Source: Gemmatimonadota bacterium
GTDB lineage: Bacteria > Gemmatimonadota > Gemmatimonadetes > Gemmatimonadales > GWC2-71-9
Length of the DNA stretch: 50,735 bases
Direction of reading: 5' to 3'
Assembly: GCA_036679605.1 (NCBI GenBank)
Contig: JAZDCZ010000411.1
Location: 1-50,735, forward strand
This document shows, one piece after another, positions 37,787 through 47,809 of this stretch. The stretch's first letter is position 1; every line of letters begins with the position of its first letter. The position numbers were made by a program, and so were the translations under genes. The notes beneath the pieces are model-generated. The model had not been told where the DNA came from. It ran no database searches and saw only the letters and a list, made by a program, of their open reading frames with translations.

Positions 37787-39566
37787 TGCCTTTACCTCCT
37801 CGACGAATAACGTTCCATTCAAATATACCGAGTTCTCGCGACTCTCTATTGAGAGCCACCTTCTTACGTAGAAGTTCCACCTTTTCCTCTTCTGGTACGA
37901 CAGTCATTTCACGCTCGACTGCCCGTTTTTTTGCGGCGATCTTGCGACCCTTCAAGCGATCCAACGCGCCGCCCACGATCGCATCCACGTTCATTTCTCC
38001 CAATCCCTGCTCGATCAGCTCCGCAAAGAGCACTCGGGCCTCACCTTCGACACCGTTCAGAAGATCGCTGCCCTGAGTGTCCGCGTCCGTCGCGGCTACC
38101 ATGGCCAATAGCTCTCCCTCGGGTTCCTTCAAACCGACCGTCGGTAACGCTTCCTCGATCCGGTCGCGCCATTCAGGCGCATGTAGCATCACACGGAGTA
38201 ATTCACGTTCGGGGCTCGCGCGCAGATCTCGATAGCCGTGTTGCCGGTCCTGGTCGCGCGAGACCCGGCTGCGCGTCAAGTCCATCCTCGCGGCACCGCT
38301 CTCTGCCTCGCGGCCCACCGATTCGCGCGACACGCCCAGGGCCTCTGCCGTGCGGCTCACGTAGAGATCCCGTGTGACGGGGTCGCTTGCAGCCCTAATG
38401 GTAGGCATCAGCCGGTCGAGCGCACGGCGCCTGCCCGAAAGCGTGCCCAGCCAACCTTTGCGCTCCAACAACTGGAGTTCTCGCTCCAGAACATCGATAG
38501 CGTCACTCAACAAGGTATCCACGGCATCCGCGCCACCCTCTGCGGCCAGAGTGTCGGGATCTTGCCCCTCCGGAAGAGTGGCAACGGAAACCCTGAGGCC
38601 CGCACGCAGCAACTCGTCTGCTGCGCGGAACGTCGCCCGCAAGCCCGCCGCGTCACTGTCATACAACACGATAACGCTAGTCGTATACCGCTTCAGCAAC
38701 TTCGCCTGATCGGCGGTCAGCGAGGTACCAAGAGGAGCCACTACTCCCTCTACTCCGACCTCTATCAGTCGCAGTACGTCGAAGTAACCCTCCACCACCA
38801 CCGCTTGCTCCGATTTTCTAATCGCCGGCTTGGCATCGTGCAGATTGTAAAGCAAACGACCCTTGTGAAAGATTTGAGACTCGGGTGAATTGAGATACTT
38901 CGGCTCACCGTTGCCAAGAACTCGTCCACCAAACCCTACCGGCCAACCGCGCAGGTCCCTGATTGGAAACAAGACCCGATTCCAGAACCGTGGCCGGATT
39001 CCCCCCTCTTCCCGTTCAACTGCGAGCCCGGCTTCTAGGAGAACCTTGTTCTCGATCCCCAACCGCGCCATCGCCTCGATGAACTCGTTGCCTCTGGGCG
39101 CGTAACCCAACCCCAACGGCCCGAGTTTCTCCAGGTCAAACCCGCGTTTGGCCAAGTAGCTTCGAGCAGCCCCGGCGTCGTCCGACTCACGCAACCGTTT
39201 GGCATACCACTCGCCCGCCACCGACACCGCGGTGAACAGCGGCTCCCGGGGATCGGGGCCACCGCTCTGGCGCTCGGGTATGGAAATGCCATATCTGCCG
39301 GCCACCTCGCGAATCGCCGCTGGATACTCGAGACCACTCCTCTTCATGAGGTACGAGAAAACATCGCCGGCTTCATGACATACGAAGCAATAGAACATCT
39401 GCTTCTTGGGGATCACGGCGAAGTTGCGGTGTGCACCGCCGTGGAACGGGCACGGTCCGCGATAGTCGGAGCCGGTGCGTTTCAGCTCCACATGCTCGCC
39501 TATCACTTCAACGATATCAGCCGCGTCACGAACTCGTTCTATGACGTCTTCTGGAATCCCGCTCAC
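37776..39566 (-). CDS. dnaG: DNA primase
   Basis: Zn finger 'CPFH…CFVC', 'GFGGR', 'KYLNSPE', TOPRIM 'VEGYFD…YDSDAAG', 'DPD'. Confidence 0.97.
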   Translation of the reverse strand: MSGIPEDVIERVRDAADIVEVIGEHVELKRTGSDYRGPCPFHGGAHRNFAVIPKKQMFYCFVCHEAGDVFSYLMKRSGLEYPAAIREVAGRYGISIPERQSGGPDPREPLFTAVSVAGEWYAKRLRESDDAGAARSYLAKRGFDLEKLGPLGLGYAPRGNEFIEAMARLGIENKVLLEAGLAVEREEGGIRPRFWNRVLFPIRDLRGWPVGFGGRVLGNGEPKYLNSPESQIFHKGRLLYNLHDAKPAIRKSEQAVVVEGYFDVLRLIEVGVEGVVAPLGTSLTADQAKLLKRYTTSVIVLYDSDAAGLRATFRAADELLRAGLRVSVATLPEGQDPDTLAAEGGADAVDTLLSDAIDVLERELQLLERKGWLGTLSGRRRALDRLMPTIRAASDPVTRDLYVSRTAEALGVSRESVGREAESGAARMDLTRSRVSRDQDRQHGYRDLRASPERELLRVMLHAPEWRDRIEEALPTVGLKEPEGELLAMVAATDADTQGSDLLNGVEGEARVLFAELIEQGLGEMNVDAIVGGALDRLKGRKIAAKKRAVEREMTVVPEEEKVELLRKKVALNRESRELGIFEWNVIRRGGKGSEG

Positions 39567-41860
39567 GAATTCAACTCTGCTATTGTTACCCCGCTCCCGC
39601 CCTGCTCGGGCGGTGCCAACTTGGATGCCTCAACTCTGCGATCCCCCTTCAAGACCTTTGCCACTCTAGCGCGGAGAGCGCCGGTCCCCTTTCCATGGAT
39701 AATACGCAGCCAAGGAAGATCCACCGCTATCGCACCGTCCAGCGCTAGAACGAGCGCGCTTTCCGCTTCGTCGCCGGTCATGCCGCGAAGATCGATCTCG
39801 GTCGAGGGATCTGGGCATAGGGAGTGGGAGATGGGAGATGACTGAACTTCGGATCGAGTAGACCCTTGGGTCGCCCCCAGTTTCCTACTCCCTTTTATTC
39901 TCCACCCCTGAATTTTGCCGAGCTGCTCCAATTTCTCGAGAGCGTCACCCTCGTCGCGCACCCCTTCCTCGACCAGCCGGCGTGCTTCCCTTGCAGTCGC
40001 CTCACTCACCGCCGCCCTCGCCAAACCTAACGCATCTTCCACTCTCCGACGTGCCTCGAGCAGGAATCCGCGGGCCCGCTCCCTGCCCTCTTGCTCAAGT
40101 GTGCGTTCCCGTGCGACGAGCGCCGCCTCTCGCTCAGCAATCCGCTCGCGATCGTCATCCACTGCTTGCCTGTCTCTATCCACGCGCGCAGCTGCGAGCG
40201 ACACGTCCTCCTCTCGGCACGAAACTCCTTCCTCTCGCTTCTCCAACTCGGCAAGAATTGCATCAATCGATCGGACTTGTTCGGGCTGAAGCCGTTCGGC
40301 CAGGGTCAGTACTTCGCCCGGCAACCCTACGCTGCGTGCGATCTCCAAACCGTACGAGCGTCCGGGCTGATGCTTGATAAATCGAAAAGTTGGAGAGAGA
40401 GTTTCCAGATCGAACTGCATCGACGCGTTGACCGCGCCATCCATCCCGGCCACGAGTTCCTTCAACTCGCCGAGATGCGTAGAAGCTACGGTTACACTGT
40501 TTCGAGCATTGAGCGACTGCAGAACCGCTCCTGCTAGAGCAGCCCCATCGGCCGGATCGGTACCACCGCCTAATTCGTCGAGCAATATCAGCGCAGTTTC
40601 ATCTGCGGCCAGCAGGATCTCTTTGAGCGCAGAAACATGAGCGGTGAAGGTCGAAAGATTTTCTGCAATCGACTGGTGGTCTCCGATATCCGCGAAGATC
40701 TTTCCAAACACCGGCAATGTAGAGCCCGGCCCAACCGGCGGAACTATACCGGCCTGCGCCAGTGACGACAGTAGCCCCAGAGATTTGAGCAACACCGTTT
40801 TGCCACCGGCGTTGGGACCGCTTAGAAGCAACGTCCGCTCGTCGCTCGACAAATGCAACTCGAACGGAACCGGTTTATTGCTCTCCTCAAGGATGAGCGG
40901 GTGGAATCCACGCACTATGCTGAGCGTTGCTGGCGCCGGACGCATAGTTGGGGCATGGCCGTCGGTCTCTATCGCGTAGCGCGCCCGCGCATAGAGATCA
41001 TCTGCCCTTGCACACATTTCCTGCCCGGCTGCCACCAACGTAGAGTATGGCCGTACTTGCTCGGTCAAATCGCGCAGCACCGCCAACACTGCACGAGCCT
41101 CGCGCGATTCCCAGCTGTTGAGCTCGTTGCCCAACTCTACGGCGCCCGTCGGCTCGACAAAGAGGCTCGCGCCCGAGCCGGACTCCCCGTGGACGATGCC
41201 TGAGATGCGATCGCGGAAATCTTTTCTTACCGGTATGACATAACGATCGCCCCGTATAGTCGGGGCACCGACGTCACCTTCTTGGCCCAAATCTCTCAAA
41301 CTCTTCTCGAGCATCCGCACGAGACTTGCGCGCGTCTCTCGCACTCGCCTGCGTGCCTTCGCCAGTTCCGGAGATGCCTCGTCGAGCACCGTTCCGTCTG
41401 GGTGGATCGCCCTTTCGATCGCCCGCGCGAGTGAGTGTGGGGGAAGCTCGACTATCAACCTCTCAACAAGCGGGGCCTCTCGAGAGATCCTTGCCAACTC
41501 GGCTCTGACGATCGCAGTGGAGTTCAGAGTACCCGCCAACGAGTTGAGTTCTGCTGGTTCCAAAACCGTGCCCGCCGTATCCAGTCGATTCAAGATCGCA
41601 GTAACGTCGATCACGGACTCAGGGTGGAACGGATCGCCTGAATCGAGCAGGTTCTGGAGCTGAGACACTGCGTTCAGCTCGGTCGTGATGAACTCAAGAG
41701 AAGCACTGGGGGTCCGCGCACGCACCAAGTTGCCGCCGGGCAACGACACCGTGTGCCGCGCAACACACTCCAACGCGCTGCCGAACTCCAACTGCTTTAG
41801 TGTTTCGGGTGAGGCGGGCTCTGGAAAAGAGGAAGGGGTGCTGGCCACCGTGGCTCCCAT
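39563..41860 (-). CDS. mutS2: Endonuclease MutS2 (Smr domain)
   Basis: 'HGESGSGASLFVEP', Walker A 'SGPNAGGKT', 'LDELGGGTDP', Smr 'DLRG…IIHGKGTGALR'. The start was trimmed to ATG 41860 to avoid overlapping the HIT gene. Confidence 0.94.
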   Translation of the reverse strand: MGATVASTPSSFPEPASPETLKQLEFGSALECVARHTVSLPGGNLVRARTPSASLEFITTELNAVSQLQNLLDSGDPFHPESVIDVTAILNRLDTAGTVLEPAELNSLAGTLNSTAIVRAELARISREAPLVERLIVELPPHSLARAIERAIHPDGTVLDEASPELAKARRRVRETRASLVRMLEKSLRDLGQEGDVGAPTIRGDRYVIPVRKDFRDRISGIVHGESGSGASLFVEPTGAVELGNELNSWESREARAVLAVLRDLTEQVRPYSTLVAAGQEMCARADDLYARARYAIETDGHAPTMRPAPATLSIVRGFHPLILEESNKPVPFELHLSSDERTLLLSGPNAGGKTVLLKSLGLLSSLAQAGIVPPVGPGSTLPVFGKIFADIGDHQSIAENLSTFTAHVSALKEILLAADETALILLDELGGGTDPADGAALAGAVLQSLNARNSVTVASTHLGELKELVAGMDGAVNASMQFDLETLSPTFRFIKHQPGRSYGLEIARSVGLPGEVLTLAERLQPEQVRSIDAILAELEKREEGVSCREEDVSLAAARVDRDRQAVDDDRERIAEREAALVARERTLEQEGRERARGFLLEARRRVEDALGLARAAVSEATAREARRLVEEGVRDEGDALEKLEQLGKIQGWRIKGSRKLGATQGSTRSEVQSSPISHSLCPDPSTEIDLRGMTGDEAESALVLALDGAIAVDLPWLRIIHGKGTGALRARVAKVLKGDRRVEASKLAPPEQGGSGVTIAELNS

Positions 41861-41876
41861 CGGGAATCTCAAGCGA

Positions 41877-42227
41877 CTATCCGGGCGGCCACGCCATGGC
41901 TCTGCCGCCCAGGACATGGGCGTGGAGATGGAACACCGTCTGGCCACCGTCGGCGTTGGTGTTGAACACTACCCGAAAACCACTCTCAGCCAGGCCTTCC
42001 TGATCTGCTACCTGGCGGGCAAAGAGCAACAGCTTACCCAACGCTCCTGCGTCCTGCACTTCGTTGAGCGATCGCACATGCTCCCTGGGGATGGCCAGAA
42101 CGTGAGTTGGTGCCTGTGGATTGACGTCGACAAACGCCACGTGGTCCTCATCCTGCGCAATTACGGTCGCCGGGATCTCCCCGCTCGCGATCTTACAGAA
42201 AAGACATTCTTCTGGAGCGCTAGCCAC
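41877..42227 (-). CDS. Histidine triad nucleotide-binding protein (HinT family)
   Basis: Motifs 'CLFCKI', 'PQAPTHVL', 'GQTVFHLHAHVLGGR', 'WPPG'. Confidence 0.95.
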   Translation of the reverse strand: MASAPEECLFCKIASGEIPATVIAQDEDHVAFVDVNPQAPTHVLAIPREHVRSLNEVQDAGALGKLLLFARQVADQEGLAESGFRVVFNTNADGGQTVFHLHAHVLGGRAMAWPPG

Positions 42228-43374
42228 CGAAAGCCTCTTTCATCTTGTTCCAAACGCGACGCCCCAGACCATCCTCGACGGGTGGCTCGCCCTCCAGCTC
42301 GGAAAGCTGCTCGAGTACCTGCTGCAATTCGGGTCCCACCTTGGTCGGAGTCCAAACCTGCACCCGCACATGCAGTGCACCGCGGCGCCCGTCATTCAGG
42401 TTCGGTAATCCCTTGCCTCTCAGCGTAAGCACAGTCCCCGACTGGACACCGGCTTGAATCTCGACCGTCTCGTCACCATACGGCGTCGGAACGACAATGT
42501 TTGCTCCCAATGCCGCCTCGCTGAACGAGACAGGAACATCGTATACCAGGTCGTCACCGTGTCGTTCAAACCTGGGGTCGTCCGCGATCTTAAGCTCTAC
42601 TATTAGGTCGCCGGCCGGTCCATTGCGTGGCCCTACCGCCCCCTTGCCACGTAGCGTCAGATAGTTCTCGTGTGAAACTCCCGCTGGCACCTCGATATCT
42701 ACAACCGATTGCAGCCGAACTCGTCCATCTCCGCGGCACTCCTCACAGGGCTCAGAGATGGTCGTTCCTTGACCACCGCAAGCGGGACACGTCGTTACGG
42801 ATACAAGCTGGCCGAAGATGGACTGTTGGGCCCTACGTACCTCGCCGCCGCCACCGCAAGTCTCACACGGTGCGGGTGAGCTGCCCGGCTCCGCGCCCGA
42901 ACCCGTGCAGCGCTTGCAACCGTGAAGTGTCTTGAGCTTGATCTTTCTGGTCGTGCCATGAGCGACATCCTCCAAAGACAGCTCCAATCTGACCCGGATA
43001 TCCTGCCCCCGCTGCACCTCACGCCTCCCGCGGCCTCCTCCTCCGAAGAACGCGTCAAAACCACCCATGCCACCGAAATCGCGCATGAATATGCTGAGCG
43101 CTTCGGACAAATCGAACGGATGAAACCCAAAGCCGCCGCCTCCCGCGCCACCTTTCAGTCCGTCCACGCCAAACCGGTCGTAGGTCGCGCGTTTCTCCGA
43201 ATCACTGAGAACGTCGTAAGCCTCGCTCAGCTCTTTGAACTGATCTTCGGCCCGCTTATCCCCGTTGTTACGATCCGGGTGATACTGCATGGCGAGCTTG
43301 CGATAGGCCTTCTTGAGTTCGTCCGTGCTCACATCACGCGAGACACCGAGCACGTCGTAAAAATCGCGCGCCAT
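42220..43374 (-). CDS. dnaJ: Molecular chaperone DnaJ
   Basis: J-domain HPD, G/F-rich region, four CxxCxGxG motifs. Confidence 0.97.
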   Translation of the reverse strand: MARDFYDVLGVSRDVSTDELKKAYRKLAMQYHPDRNNGDKRAEDQFKELSEAYDVLSDSEKRATYDRFGVDGLKGGAGGGGFGFHPFDLSEALSIFMRDFGGMGGFDAFFGGGGRGRREVQRGQDIRVRLELSLEDVAHGTTRKIKLKTLHGCKRCTGSGAEPGSSPAPCETCGGGGEVRRAQQSIFGQLVSVTTCPACGGQGTTISEPCEECRGDGRVRLQSVVDIEVPAGVSHENYLTLRGKGAVGPRNGPAGDLIVELKIADDPRFERHGDDLVYDVPVSFSEAALGANIVVPTPYGDETVEIQAGVQSGTVLTLRGKGLPNLNDGRRGALHVRVQVWTPTKVGPELQQVLEQLSELEGEPPVEDGLGRRVWNKMKEAFGG

Positions 43375-43404
43375 CTTACTCCTGTTTGTCTGGCAGGTTT
43401 AGTT

Positions 43405-44442
43405 TCACTGAGCGAACTCGCTCATGAGTCGGCTGGTGTGTCCAACCAGGGCAACTACCTTCTGATACGGCATGCGGGTCGGCCCCATGACTCCAATTAT
43501 GCCCGATAGCGAGCCGCTCTGATACTGCGCCGTGACCAACGTGAACGCGCTGAGCTTGGGGTCGACATTCTCCCACCCGATGGTCACCCTAATCCCAGGA
43601 CCATATCGTCCCTCCAGAGCCGTGCGCAGCACGTCACGCCGCTCCGTCAGCTCTAAGAGACTGCGCATCTGGTCGTTTGAGCTGAATTCTGGTTGCTCCG
43701 CCAGCATCTGTGCACTGCTCAGCAAGACCGGGCTCGTTCCTTCGTTGGACACATGAAATATTTGGTCGGCCTCTTCCACGAAAACGTTGATCAGTTCATG
43801 CGTCTGCGGCTCCACGCTGATGTCCCGCATCCGTTCCGGAAGCGTCTTGCGGATCTGCTCGAGCGTAAGCCCGCCGAGTCGCTCATTGAGTACCATCGTC
43901 AGACTTGCCAGCGCCTCCCGCGGTAATTCACTCCTTACCTCAATAAATATCGTCTTTGCAACCCCCTCCTTGAGCAGCAGCACCATCAACACCTTTTCAG
44001 CCGACACGTGCATTAGCTCCAGGTGCTCCAACACGGCACGGTCGAGCGACGGTGCCACCGCCACTCCCAGTTCCTGTGTAAGCACCCCCAACACCTGTGC
44101 CGCATCCCTGAGGATGTCCTCAATAGGACTGTTATCGTTGTTGAACTGCCGTCGCAGCGTATCCTGCTCTACCAGAGTAGGGTCCGACCTTGCCATGAGC
44201 CCATCGACATAGAGTCTGTAGGCCCTGTCGGTGGGGATGCGACCGCCCGAGGTGTGGGTATGGAAGAGATAACCCTTGTCCTCGAGATCGCTCATCACGT
44301 TACGGATCGTTGCAGCCGAGACGCCGAGCTTGAACCTCTTGGCAATGGTCCTTGAACCGGCCGGTTCGGCGCTCTCCACATACGAGTGGATTACAGCCTC
44401 CAGCACGTTCTGCTGTCGCTCAGTAAGATCGTGAGTTGTCAT
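43405..44442 (-). CDS. hrcA: Heat-inducible transcription repressor HrcA
   Basis: Motifs 'SAATIRNVMSDLE', 'HTSGGRIPTDRAYRLYVD', 'GVMGPTRMPY'. Confidence 0.96.
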   Translation of the reverse strand: MTTHDLTERQQNVLEAVIHSYVESAEPAGSRTIAKRFKLGVSAATIRNVMSDLEDKGYLFHTHTSGGRIPTDRAYRLYVDGLMARSDPTLVEQDTLRRQFNNDNSPIEDILRDAAQVLGVLTQELGVAVAPSLDRAVLEHLELMHVSAEKVLMVLLLKEGVAKTIFIEVRSELPREALASLTMVLNERLGGLTLEQIRKTLPERMRDISVEPQTHELINVFVEEADQIFHVSNEGTSPVLLSSAQMLAEQPEFSSNDQMRSLLELTERRDVLRTALEGRYGPGIRVTIGWENVDPKLSAFTLVTAQYQSGSLSGIIGVMGPTRMPYQKVVALVGHTSRLMSEFAQ

Positions 44443-44465
44443 TATGCAAGTCTATTCTGGACAGC

Positions 44466-44495
44466 AATTTAGCCACCCTCGGCTAAGGTGGTCAA
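44466..44495 (-). promoter_or_regulatory. Candidate hrcA promoter overlapped by a 9-9-9 inverted repeat
   Basis: TTGACC-18 bp-TAAATT on the minus strand; TTAGCCACC-N9-GGTGGTCAA at 44469-44495. Confidence 0.4.
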
Positions 44496-45602
44496 GTCAG
44501 GCGCCAGTTCGTCCAATCGGAGCCACCCCTCGACAGTGAGACTCACATGGTTGCCCTGTCGCAGCATCCAGCCGCTTTCCTCTGCACGGGCACACAAGGC
44601 TGCGTCCATCTGTTGCTTCGAATCGGTGACTCCCTCGACCGTGCGCAACCCCAAGTAGACCTGCTCCAGCCGGCGCTGCGACTCAGTCATGTCCTCATGT
44701 TGGTCCGTCGCATCACCATCCAGATCGACCCTGGTTTCGTACGCAGACCACTGCCGAACGTTCCAGGACCGGCGTCGTCCGTCAAAAGAATGGGCCGACG
44801 GTCCGAGCCCGATATATCGCCGGCCGGTCCAGTAGGCGCCGTTGTGGCGGGCACGGTGTTCTGGCCTGGCGTAATTGGACACCTCGTAGTGTTCGAACCC
44901 CGCAGCACTCAGAGTATCGTCGGCCATGAGAAATTCGTGAGCGTACCGACCATCGGCACTTGGCCGCACCGCCCCTCGCGAAATCCAGCGAGAGAGAGCA
45001 GTGCGCGGCTCCGCGGTCAGTCCATACACCGAGAGGTGATCGGGACCAAGTTCGACCGCGCGCGCCAGATCATCGCCAAACGCGTGCGATAATTGTTCTG
45101 GCAGGGCAAATATCAGATCGATAGAGAGTGAGTCAATTCCTTCAGATCGCAGCAGCCCGATCGCTTCGACTGCCTGGCGCATCGAGTGTGTGCGGTGCAT
45201 CCAGCGGAGAACTCGATCGTCGAACGATTGCACGCCCAACGAGATGCGGTTCACCCCTGCGTTCATCCACTCGGCTACTGAGCTAGCCGTCACGTCGTCC
45301 GGGTTCGCTTCCAACGTTATCTCGAGTTGCGGAAACGAGCCGGATGCCCTAAGGGTTAGGCAACGCACAAGCCGCGCAAGTTCGTTGGACGCCAGAAGAG
45401 ATGGAGTCCCGCCCCCCAAATACAAGGTCTCCAGAGGTCCGTCGTCTAGTTCACCGCCCTCGATCCGTCGATCCCGCTCCCGCAACACGGCATCGACATA
45501 CCGTGCTGCAGGTATCGTTTTCCTTACGGCTATTGCGAAATCACAATAGACGCAGCGGCGAGCGCAGAACGGTACGTGAACGTAGAGATGGCGCATTTTC
45601 AA
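44469..45602 (-). CDS. hemW: Radical SAM heme chaperone HemW (HemN-like)
   Basis: 'LYVHVPFCARRCVYCDF', 'YLGGGTPS', 'YEVSNYA…HNGAYW'; directly upstream of hrcA. Confidence 0.93.
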   Translation of the reverse strand: MKMRHLYVHVPFCARRCVYCDFAIAVRKTIPAARYVDAVLRERDRRIEGGELDDGPLETLYLGGGTPSLLASNELARLVRCLTLRASGSFPQLEITLEANPDDVTASSVAEWMNAGVNRISLGVQSFDDRVLRWMHRTHSMRQAVEAIGLLRSEGIDSLSIDLIFALPEQLSHAFGDDLARAVELGPDHLSVYGLTAEPRTALSRWISRGAVRPSADGRYAHEFLMADDTLSAAGFEHYEVSNYARPEHRARHNGAYWTGRRYIGLGPSAHSFDGRRRSWNVRQWSAYETRVDLDGDATDQHEDMTESQRRLEQVYLGLRTVEGVTDSKQQMDAALCARAEESGWMLRQGNHVSLTVEGWLRLDELAPDLTTLAEGG

Positions 45603-45625
45603 CTACGGCGGCTGTAGCGATTCAA

Positions 45626-46735
45626 TCACACTCTGGCGGCCAGAATCGGCTGCACGCGACGAAACAGTTTTCCTGGGTCCTGCGTCACGAGCCCTCGGAG
45701 TTCGAGCGACGTGAGCACGGCCAGTATCTCGGGGGCAGACTTGCCGGCACGATGGGTCAACTCGTCCACTTGCTCCAGTCCCTCACCTAAGATGTCGAGC
45801 AACTTCCGTTCGTCGGTCGTCAGATTGTTGGGCAGTTGCACCGCAGGAGCCTCGCCAATTTGAATTCCGTATTCTTCCAGAACGTCGCGGAGCCCTAAGG
45901 CGGGCTTGGCACCGTGTTGTATCAACCGGTTGCACCCGATTGATATCGGGCTCAGGATCGAGCCTGGCACCGCGAGTACCTCGTGTCCTTGAACCAGTGC
46001 ACAGTCGGCAGTAATCAGAGCGCCCGATCGTTCGCGCGCCTCTATAATGAGAGTTACGCGAGACAGACCACTGATCAATCGATTGCGTCTGGGAAAACTT
46101 CCAGCGTTGGGACGTTCGCCAGGTGGGAATTCCGTAAGCAGGCAACCATCCTGTGCGACACGTTCGTAGAGTACGCGATTCGCTGCAGGGTACACCACTC
46201 CCAACCCATTGCCCAGCACACCTATAGTATTTCCGCCGTCGTCCAGCGCAGCCGTATGCGCGACCGCGTCGAGCCCGCGCGCCATTCCGCTTGCGACTGT
46301 GAGGCCGGCCCTGCTAAGTCCCGTAGCAAACATGCGGCAAGCCCCAGTTCCATATGCAGTGTGCGTCCGGCTGCCGACGATCGCAACACAGTCGGTGTTG
46401 AGTAACTCCAACTTACCCTTGGCGAACAGCAAAGTCGGGGCATCGGGGATCTCACGCAGCGCACGAGGGAATTCATCGCATTCGGGAAACAGCACTCTGG
46501 CACCCATGTCCGTCGCGCTCCTCACGATCTTTTCACCCATGGCGGGAGTCGCTTCGGAGATTGCGGTCGCCGCGGCTCGTGTCATGCTGACGACGTCAAC
46601 CAGTTCGCGGTGCGACGCTCCAAGCGCCTGGTCAGCCGATCCGAATGTCGCGAGCAACATGTCCAGCCGCGCCCGGCCGATGCCCGGTACCAATGCGAGT
46701 GTCACATATGCAATATCTTTCGTGCTGAACGCCAT
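45626..46735 (-). CDS. dprA: DNA-processing protein DprA
   Basis: 'VAIVGSR', 'SGMARGLD', 'FPRRNRLISGLS', 'SGALITA', and a C-terminal winged helix. Confidence 0.96.
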   Translation of the reverse strand: MAFSTKDIAYVTLALVPGIGRARLDMLLATFGSADQALGASHRELVDVVSMTRAAATAISEATPAMGEKIVRSATDMGARVLFPECDEFPRALREIPDAPTLLFAKGKLELLNTDCVAIVGSRTHTAYGTGACRMFATGLSRAGLTVASGMARGLDAVAHTAALDDGGNTIGVLGNGLGVVYPAANRVLYERVAQDGCLLTEFPPGERPNAGSFPRRNRLISGLSRVTLIIEARERSGALITADCALVQGHEVLAVPGSILSPISIGCNRLIQHGAKPALGLRDVLEEYGIQIGEAPAVQLPNNLTTDERKLLDILGEGLEQVDELTHRAGKSAPEILAVLTSLELRGLVTQDPGKLFRRVQPILAARV

Positions 46736-47742
46736 TACGCTTGCTCGTCCGACGCCGCTGTCACCAGAGCGAGTAGTTTCCAGAATTGTTCCTTTAGTTC
46801 GTTGAGTCCGTGGTTCGCCAGCGCCGAGATGCTGACGACACCTTCTGCATCCGGAGCAATCAACGGCGATGGACCGTGGTCGGGCTCCAGCAAGTCGTCC
46901 TTTGTGAGAACGACAAGGTGCGGACGTGTGGCGAGCGTCGAGTCGTATTTGCGTGCTTCATCTCGCAACATTTCGTATGCGAGTTGTGGATCGTCGCTGT
47001 CTAACGGCACCAGGTAGGCGAGCACGCGGGTTCGCTCGACGTGTTGAAGAAACTTGTCACCTAGGCCCTTTCCGGCGTGCGCTCCCTCTATGATTCCTGG
47101 AATATCGGCGATAACAAAAGAACGTCCTTCCGAAAGACCCACGACGCCCAGGTTGGGCTCGAGTGTCGTAAACGGGTAGTTGGCGACCTTGGGACGTGCG
47201 GCTGAGAGTACCGACAGCAGCGTACTCTTGCCGGCGTTCGGTTCACCCAACAGACCCACGTCAGCAATGAGTTTGAGTACCAGTTCAATTTCCCGACTCT
47301 CGCCCGATTCGCCCGGCTCCCATTTTCGCGGTGCGCGGTTGGTCGAAGTTGCGAATGCCGTGTTGCCGCGGCCTCCCCTCCCCCCCTCGGCCACACAAAC
47401 CACGTCGGTGTCACCCACCATTTCGGCAATCATGTTCCCGCCCGAGAGATCCCAAATTTCGGTTCCGGGCGGCACTGGTAAATACACGTCATCTCCAGAC
47501 TTCCCTGTTTTATCGGAGGTTCCGCCATGATTTCCGCTCTCGGCCTTCCAATGCCGTTTGTAGCTATAGTCGAGCAGAGTTGTTAACTGGGGATTCGTCT
47601 TCACGTACACGCTGCCTCCGCGTCCGCCGTCGCCGCCGTCCGGGCCCCCCTTGGGCCGGTACTTTTCGCGGCGGAACGAGGCACGTCCAGATCCTCCCGC
47701 TCCCGCCGCAACACGGATCCTTGCTCGATCGATAAAAGTCAT
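46735..47742 (-). CDS. obgE: GTPase ObgE/CgtA
   Basis: Gly-rich OBG fold 'GGPDGGDGGRGG', 'GEPNAGKST', 'YPFTTL', 'DIPG', 'TKDD'. Confidence 0.97.
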   Translation of the reverse strand: MTFIDRARIRVAAGAGGSGRASFRREKYRPKGGPDGGDGGRGGSVYVKTNPQLTTLLDYSYKRHWKAESGNHGGTSDKTGKSGDDVYLPVPPGTEIWDLSGGNMIAEMVGDTDVVCVAEGGRGGRGNTAFATSTNRAPRKWEPGESGESREIELVLKLIADVGLLGEPNAGKSTLLSVLSAARPKVANYPFTTLEPNLGVVGLSEGRSFVIADIPGIIEGAHAGKGLGDKFLQHVERTRVLAYLVPLDSDDPQLAYEMLRDEARKYDSTLATRPHLVVLTKDDLLEPDHGPSPLIAPDAEGVVSISALANHGLNELKEQFWKLLALVTAASDEQA

Positions 47743-47809
47743 TTAGCACCCAGCATGGAGTGTATGGATATCGTCCGGTGACGGCACAACCAACTTTGTG
47801 CACCTATCA

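Noticed and set aside
47743..47765. TTAGCACCC next to the obgE start as a CIRCE
   Set aside because: Only a half-site. The partial partner arm is at 6-bp rather than 9-bp spacing.
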